Shown: in pieces, positions 58,600-64,000 of the stretch
Numbering within the stretch: the stretch's first letter is position 1
Layout of the letters: every line of letters starts with the position of its first letter
NCBI GenBank assembly: GCA_964463175.1
Contig: CAYXBJ010000092.1
Span: 70,931-134,930, forward strand
Direction: 5' to 3'
Length of the DNA stretch: 64,000 bases
From: an uncultured bacterium
GTDB taxonomy: Bacteria; Methylomirabilota; Methylomirabilia; Rokubacteriales; DASRDR01
Made by a program: the position numbers and the translations under genes
The notes under the pieces: model-generated
Told to the model about the DNA's origin: nothing
Seen by the model: the letters and a program-made list of their open reading frames with translations, nothing else
Database searches by the model: none

Positions 58600-59736
58600 A
58601 TGCGCGTCCTCCTCTGGTCCGAGCTCTTCTGGCCTTATCTCGGCGGGGTCGAGATCCTGGCGAGCCGATTCGTGCGCGCGATGCAGGCCCGGGGTCACGC
58701 GCTCGCCGTCATCACGTCCCATGCCGAGCTCGACCTCCCGGACGAGGACGAGCGCGCCGGCGCCCGGGTGTGGCGATTGCCGTTTCGGGCAGCGCTCGCC
58801 GCGCGCGAGCTCGGCCGGGTCCGACTCGTCCGGCAGCGCGCGGGGGAGCTGGTGCGGACGTTCGATCCGGACGTGATTCACCTGTACGCGCTCGGGTCCA
58901 GCGCCGTGTTCGTCTCCCAGGCGCGGGGCGATCCGCCCCGCCCCCTCGTGCTGACGCTGCACGGGGAGATCCTTCGCGAGTCGGCCGGCGGGCCCGACAC
59001 GGTCGTGCAGAAGATCCTGCGCACGGCCAGCTGGACGGCGGGCGTCTCGATGGCGGTCCTGCAGCAGGCTCAACAGCAAGCGCCGGAGCTGGTCGGTCGC
59101 TCGTCCGTCGTCTACAACGCGCTCGACATGCCCGCGCCCCCGGCGGAGCCACTGCCGCGAGAGCCCCGCTTGCTCTGCCTGGGCCGCCTCGTTCCCGACA
59201 AGGGTTTCGATGTCGCGCTGGCCGCCTTCGCCGAGCTCTTGCCCCGATACCCACGCGCGCGGTTGCTCGTGGCCGGGGACGGGCCCCTGCGTGAGCCGCT
59301 GGCGCGGCGCGCGGCGGATCTGGGCGTGAGCGGCGCCGTGGACTTCCTGGGCTGGGTCGCGCCGGACGGCGTGGCCGATCTCCTGAACCGGGCCACGATC
59401 GTCATCATGCCGTCCCGCCGCGAAGGACTCCCGCTCGTGGCGATCCAGGCGGCCCAGATGGCCCGCCCCGTCGTGGGGAGTCGCGCCGGGGGGCTGGCCG
59501 AGATCGTGATCCACGACGAGACGGGCCTACTGGTGGCGCCCGGTGATGTCCACGCATTGGTCGACGCCCTCACGGCGCTACTGACTCAGCCGGAACGCGC
59601 GGACCGGCTGGGGCGGGCCGCCCGCGCGCGAGTCGGGAGCGTCTTCGGATGGGAGCGCCATCTGGAGGCGTACGAGGAGATCTATGGGCGCGCCGCGCGG
59701 CATGCCCGGAATGCTCCGACCGGAGCGGGAGGGTGA
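58600..59736 (+). CDS. glycosyltransferase family 4
   Basis: Internal ATG (MRVLLWSELFWPYLGGVE). C-terminal REGLPLVAIQAAQMARPVVGSRAGGLAE motif. Confidence 0.85.
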   Translation: MRVLLWSELFWPYLGGVEILASRFVRAMQARGHALAVITSHAELDLPDEDERAGARVWRLPFRAALAARELGRVRLVRQRAGELVRTFDPDVIHLYALGSSAVFVSQARGDPPRPLVLTLHGEILRESAGGPDTVVQKILRTASWTAGVSMAVLQQAQQQAPELVGRSSVVYNALDMPAPPAEPLPREPRLLCLGRLVPDKGFDVALAAFAELLPRYPRARLLVAGDGPLREPLARRAADLGVSGAVDFLGWVAPDGVADLLNRATIVIMPSRREGLPLVAIQAAQMARPVVGSRAGGLAEIVIHDETGLLVAPGDVHALVDALTALLTQPERADRLGRAARARVGSVFGWERHLEAYEEIYGRAARHARNAPTGAGG

Positions 59737-60866
59737 GGATCCTGTTCTGGTCCGACACGTTCTGGCCCGTCATCGGCGGCGTCGAGGTTCTCGGGAGCCG
59801 ATTGGTACAGGCGCTCCGGGCCAGAGGCCACGACCTCATAATCCTCGCCCGGCGCGATCGCGACGATCTCCCCGACGAGGACCGGTACGCCGACGTCCCA
59901 CTCTACCGGTTTCCCCTCCGCGCGGCGCTGCAGTCGCGCGATCTGGGTCTCGTGATGTCGCTGCGCCGGCGGGTCGCGGCCCTGATCCACGACTTCGACC
60001 CGCAGATTGGGCACATCTATCACTCGGGCCCCGGCGTGTACTTCTACCTGCAGGCGCCCGCGACGCGCCGTGTGCCACTGCTCATGACGCTTCACCAGAC
60101 GTATGTCCCGGAGCTTCTCGAGCCCGACTCGCTCCGCGGCCGGCTCCTTCGTCGCGCGCAGTGGGTCACCGCGTGCTCGGACTCCGTCCTGCAGTGCACG
60201 CGACGGCAGCTCCCGGAGATCAGCGCCCGGTCCTCGGTCGTGCTCAACAGTCTCAACATGCCCGGCACGCTGCCGACCGCGCTCCCCTCCGACCCGCCTC
60301 GTCTCCTGTGCGTGGGCCGTCTCCTGCCCCAGAAAGGCTTCGATCTCGCGCTTCGCGCGTGGGCGCGCCTGCACGGTCAATTCCCGGGCGCACGGCTCCT
60401 CATCGCCGGGGACGGGCCGGCACGGGCCGAGCTCCAACAGGACGCGGCCGACCTCGGCCTCCAGTCCGTGGAGTTCCTCGGCTGGGTAGCCCCCGACGCC
60501 GTCCCGGACCTCATCAACACGGCCACGCTCGTCATCATGCCGTCGCGCATCGAGCCACTCGGGCTCGTGGCCGTTCAGGCCGCCCAGATGGCCCGGCCGA
60601 TCGTGGCGACTCGAGTGGACGGTTTACCCGAAGTCGTGATCCATGGACAGACGGGCTTGCTCGTCGAGCCGGACGATGTCGACGGCCTGGCCCAGGCGAT
60701 CCGCCATCTTCTCGAGCACCCCTCGATCGCCACCGCCATGGGCCAGGCGGCGCGGCGGCACGCCGAAGAGGTCCTCGAGTGGAACGCCCACGTCGGCGCG
60801 TACGACCGTCTCTACCGGCAGCTGGCCGGCGTGGCGTGCCGGCATGCCGCGGGCGCCCCGCCGTGA
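59733..60866 (+). CDS. glycosyltransferase family 4
   Basis: GTG start overlapping the upstream stop (GTGA). VRILFWSDTFWPVIGGVE...IEPLGLVAVQAAQMARPIVATRVDGLPE. Paralogue of the two other GT4s. Confidence 0.85.
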   Translation: MRILFWSDTFWPVIGGVEVLGSRLVQALRARGHDLIILARRDRDDLPDEDRYADVPLYRFPLRAALQSRDLGLVMSLRRRVAALIHDFDPQIGHIYHSGPGVYFYLQAPATRRVPLLMTLHQTYVPELLEPDSLRGRLLRRAQWVTACSDSVLQCTRRQLPEISARSSVVLNSLNMPGTLPTALPSDPPRLLCVGRLLPQKGFDLALRAWARLHGQFPGARLLIAGDGPARAELQQDAADLGLQSVEFLGWVAPDAVPDLINTATLVIMPSRIEPLGLVAVQAAQMARPIVATRVDGLPEVVIHGQTGLLVEPDDVDGLAQAIRHLLEHPSIATAMGQAARRHAEEVLEWNAHVGAYDRLYRQLAGVACRHAAGAPP

Positions 60867-60974
60867 GGCACTTCACGGGAGCCGGCCCCGCGGCGCCGCG
60901 CCCCGCTCCGGGCGCGGATCGCGCGATGTTCGCCGGGCACCGGCCCCGGCGCGTGGCGTAGCGGCGGTCGCGCG

Positions 60975-62789
60975 ATGCCCGGCCTCCATCTCGTGGTGGA
61001 CTGGCGCGGCGGCATCGCCCGCCGGCGCCCCGAGATTCTCGCCGCGCTGGATGGTGTCCGGCACTCGGACACCTACGGGACGAGCATCCTGCTCGAGGAC
61101 GACTTCCTGCTGCTCGCGCAGTCTGGCTATGCGGAGTATCCCGTCGCGTGCCACGAGGTGAACGGCGTCCGCGTGATCGTCGAAGGGCGGCTCTACGGGC
61201 TGGCCGCGTCGGAGCGCGCGGCGCAACTCGCCGCGCTGGTCGCCGGGGTCTTCGACGACCCCGACGCCCGGTGGGAGCGCGTACGGGATTGGCTCCTGGC
61301 CGTCGACGGGGACTTCGTGGCCGTCCTGCTGCAGCCCGCGACGGGCGAGATCGCGATCGTGAACGACATGTTTGGCCGGCTCCCTCTCTATCTGCAGCGC
61401 TCCGCGGCGGGCCTGGTCGTGTCCCGTGAGTTCCGATTTCTGACGCGCCTCGCCGACCGGATCGAGTTCGATCGCCTGGCCCTGGCGCAGTCCCTCCTCC
61501 TGGGTTTCCCGCTGGGCGAGCGCACGCTGGTCGAGCGTGTTGAGCGTCTTCCGCCCGGGACGCTTGGTCGGTGCAACCCGCGTCGGCGGGAGGTGCGGCT
61601 GGAGCGCCTGCACCACCTGAGCCTCGAGGCCAAGCCCTTCGCGAGTGTGCCGCTTCCGGAGCACGCCGCGAATCTGGTCGAGCGGCTCTCCGCAGCATGC
61701 GCCGCGCGCCGGGACGCCGGCGCGGTGGTGTTGTCGCTCAGCGGCGGCTTCGACGCGAGAGCCGTCGGGGCCTGCCTCGTGCGCCATGGCATTCCCTTCC
61801 AGTGCGCCACGTTCGTCGATCATGTGGGCAACGCCGACGCCGACGCGCCGATCGCCCGGCAGATCGCGGCCCTCTTCGAGGCCCCGTGGGACCTGATCCG
61901 GCTGGGTCCCCCGCGTCCTCGCGACGTGCTGGCGCTCCTCCGGATGAAGAGCGGCATGAATCCCCTGGGGATGGCCTTCTTGCTACCGTTCCTGGCGGCC
62001 GTCCGGGACCACGCGCCGAGGCCCGCGCAGCTCGTCACCGGAGAGATGGGTACGTTCACGCTGACGGATCCGAGCCCGCCGCGCGTCCCCGCCAGCGCGA
62101 GCGACCTGGTCAGTCAGGTCATGGCGGAGAATCACCGGTTTTCGCTGGCCGAGGCCGCGGCCCTCACGCGCATCGCGCCCGGGGACCTAGCCGACATGCT
62201 CGCGCAGCACGTCCTGCGCTATCCGGAAGACGACTACGGCCAAAAGTACGCGCACTTCCGGATGTGCGAGCGCGCCTTCAACTGGCACGGGGAGGCGGAA
62301 GACCGAAATCGCTGCTACGTCTGGACGACCAGTCCCTTCTACGCGCCGCGCTTCTTCCAGGCGGCCATTGGCGGGCCGGATGCGCACAAGACTCGCTACC
62401 GACTCTACCGGGAGTTGCTCGTCCGCCTGTCCCCCACCGTCGCCGCCATTCCGCACGCGGGCCTGGGTGTGGCGGTCACGGCGCCCTCCTTCGAGACGGC
62501 GAGCCGGGTCGCCGCGCTGATCGGCGCCGATTCCCGCGCCCGCGAGGCCCTGGTCCATCGGCTCGCACCCGCCGACGTCTACGGACCGGATTCGACCGTG
62601 GTGCGGTGCCTCCGGCAGCAGGTCGCGACGTGCGAGCCGCTTGCCGACTATCTGTCGCCCTCGGTCCTCGCGCGCGTGGTGGACGCGAGCGCCCACCACA
62701 CCCGGGCGCAGCTCGACCAACTCTTCACGATCACGTCGGCCATCGAGGACCTCGCGACGGGCTCGACCGTGCTGGAGCGGCGGCTCTGA
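60975..62789 (+). CDS. asparagine synthetase-like adenylating enzyme lacking the glutaminase nucleophile (lasso-cyclase-like / AsnB C-domain homologue)
   Basis: 604 aa. Begins MPGLHL with no Cys2. Degenerate N-terminal domain. PP-loop LSLSGGFDARAVGACL. Extensive AsnB-like C-terminal domain. Confidence 0.75.
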   Translation: MPGLHLVVDWRGGIARRRPEILAALDGVRHSDTYGTSILLEDDFLLLAQSGYAEYPVACHEVNGVRVIVEGRLYGLAASERAAQLAALVAGVFDDPDARWERVRDWLLAVDGDFVAVLLQPATGEIAIVNDMFGRLPLYLQRSAAGLVVSREFRFLTRLADRIEFDRLALAQSLLLGFPLGERTLVERVERLPPGTLGRCNPRRREVRLERLHHLSLEAKPFASVPLPEHAANLVERLSAACAARRDAGAVVLSLSGGFDARAVGACLVRHGIPFQCATFVDHVGNADADAPIARQIAALFEAPWDLIRLGPPRPRDVLALLRMKSGMNPLGMAFLLPFLAAVRDHAPRPAQLVTGEMGTFTLTDPSPPRVPASASDLVSQVMAENHRFSLAEAAALTRIAPGDLADMLAQHVLRYPEDDYGQKYAHFRMCERAFNWHGEAEDRNRCYVWTTSPFYAPRFFQAAIGGPDAHKTRYRLYRELLVRLSPTVAAIPHAGLGVAVTAPSFETASRVAALIGADSRAREALVHRLAPADVYGPDSTVVRCLRQQVATCEPLADYLSPSVLARVVDASAHHTRAQLDQLFTITSAIEDLATGSTVLERRL

Positions 62790-64000
62790 GCGTGTTCCCG
62801 GAATCCGGGCCGGCGCGGATCGCGCCCGCGCCGGCGGCGTCCCCAGTCGCCCTGCCCCTGGCCGGGGTGCTCCGCCTGCTACTCCCCACCGCCACGGAGT
62901 CTGCGCTGTTGCGCGCGTTGCTGTGGCCGGCCGACCGCGGCGCCGGCGCCTGGGCGTCGTGGCGGACCGAGGTCGGCGGGCTCCGCGCGGCCTTGGAACG
63001 CAATGCGCCCGGCCTGAACGGGCTCCTGCCCCTCCTCGGGCACGCGCTTCGGGCCAGCGGCGTGACCCTGAGCGACGACGACCGGGCCTGCCTGCGAAGC
63101 GCGCAGCTGTGGGAATCCGCGCGCTATGCGGCCTACCGGGCCATCCTCCTCGACGCGCTGGCGAGGCTCGCCGTCCATCGCATTCCCACGATCCTCCTCG
63201 ACGGCGCGGCGCTCGCCCAGACGGTCTACGAGACGCCCGTGCTCCGTCATTGCCATGCCATTGCACTGTGGGTACCGGACGCTCAGCTCGCGACCGCGGC
63301 CACACTGCTGATCGAGGGCGGGCTTCGTCCGGACGGACTCCCGGGCGGCACGACGCCGGACCTCGTCGCGCTGCACCACGAGTCCGGCCTTCCGATCCGC
63401 CTGGGCTCCGGCCTGTTGCGACCCGTGTTCCCCGCGTCAGCCGGGGACGAGCTCTGGGATCGGAGCGGGGCCCTCGACCTGTCGGGGACGGGCACGCGCA
63501 TCCTGGGCGACGCCGATGCCCTGCTCCACGTCTGCGGCCGCGCGGCCACGGTCTCGCGCGAGAGCCCCCTGGTGTGGGCCGCTGACGCCTGGTTCATCCT
63601 GAGGAGGCGCGCCGCGCTGGACTGGCACGGATTCCTGGAAGGGGTGCGGCGGGCCAACCTCGCCCTCCCGCTCGCCGCCATGCTGGCGTATCTCGCGGGC
63701 GACCTGGAGGCGCCCGTTCCCGACCATGTCCTGACGGCGTTGGAGCATGCCGCGCGCCGGACGGACGGCCTTGGGCGTCAGATCGCGGTGGCGGGCGTGC
63801 ACCGCGCCGGACGAGCCGGTCTGCGCGCGCTGGCCCGGGGCACCTCTTGCGGGCGCGACCGGCTGACGCTGGCTCGCTGGGTGCTGCTCCCGTCTCCCAA
63901 GTACGCTCGATGCGTCGGCGGGGCGCGAAGCACGGGAGGGGTGCTGCGATACTACGTCGCGCGGGCGCTCCGATACGCGCGGCGTCGCTGGACAGCGTCC
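62790..64000 (+). CDS. nucleotidyltransferase-family protein (PF14907-like), 3' truncated by the window end
   Basis: Open frame from the GTG at 62790 to the window edge; absent from the track because it has no stop. LLLP...ESALLRALLW...W..W, IPTILLDGAALAQTVYETPVLRHCHAIALWV and ALHHESG pattern of the uncharacterised nucleotidyltransferase family that co-occurs with PqqD/HprK-like genes. Confidence 0.55.

Noticed and set aside
60866-60975. 11-aa ORF (MFAGHRPRRVA) between GT4 and the AsnB-like gene as a candidate precursor peptide
   Set aside because: Too short, no RBS, and an Arg-rich composition unlike RiPP precursors. The intergenic region more likely just carries the AsnB-like gene's start signals.
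55171-64000. Calling the locus a canonical lasso peptide biosynthetic gene cluster
   Set aside because: No transglutaminase-like B2 protease, no ABC exporter of the McjD type and no leader/core precursor ORF could be found. The AsnB-like protein and PqqD are separated by a kinase and four glycosyltransferases. It is safer to describe it as a lasso-like cassette of unknown function.

Overview
This is a high-GC (~70%) bacterial chromosomal segment, densely coded on both strands. No rRNA, CRISPR arrays, IS elements or prophage genes were seen. Many long Arg/Gly/Pro/Ala-rich ORFs in the six-frame track are alternate-frame artefacts of the GC content and were discarded. Calls are limited to ORFs whose translations show recognisable family signatures; the remaining gaps in the feature list are almost all short intergenic spacers. 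Ordinary content runs left to right as follows. A NitT/TauT-type ABC importer with two permeases and one ATPase. A GT39/PMT-like membrane glycosyltransferase with a large C-terminal domain. hisC. Several hypothetical proteins, a DmpA/S58 peptidase and an M28 peptidase. A tatD-metG-PSP1(ricT)-holB-tmk-HDAC-moaC string. A compact tungstate plus molybdate ABC uptake operon (TupA, ModA, two permeases, two TOBE-domain ATPases) preceded by a TunR-like regulator with an AT-rich GATCAA-repeat operator candidate. D-aminoacylase, cyclophilin and typA. A DEAD-box helicase and tatC, then rsmI-clpX-clpP-tig with tRNA-Leu(TAG) upstream. Assorted metabolic genes. The most interesting region is 49.4-64 kb, a glycan-biosynthesis-like locus holding a large polytopic membrane protein with an ILEI/FAM3-like C-terminal domain, an NAD-dependent epimerase, a glutamine-hydrolysing AsnB, three GT4 and one GT2 glycosyltransferases. 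Interleaved with these is a lasso-peptide-like but non-canonical cassette: a PqqD-like recognition protein, an HprK-like P-loop kinase, an Asn-synthetase-like adenylating enzyme with no glutaminase nucleophile, and a nucleotidyltransferase-family protein. There is no B2 protease and no recognisable precursor peptide. I propose this cassette as a candidate, functionally uncharacterised peptide/glycan modification system.
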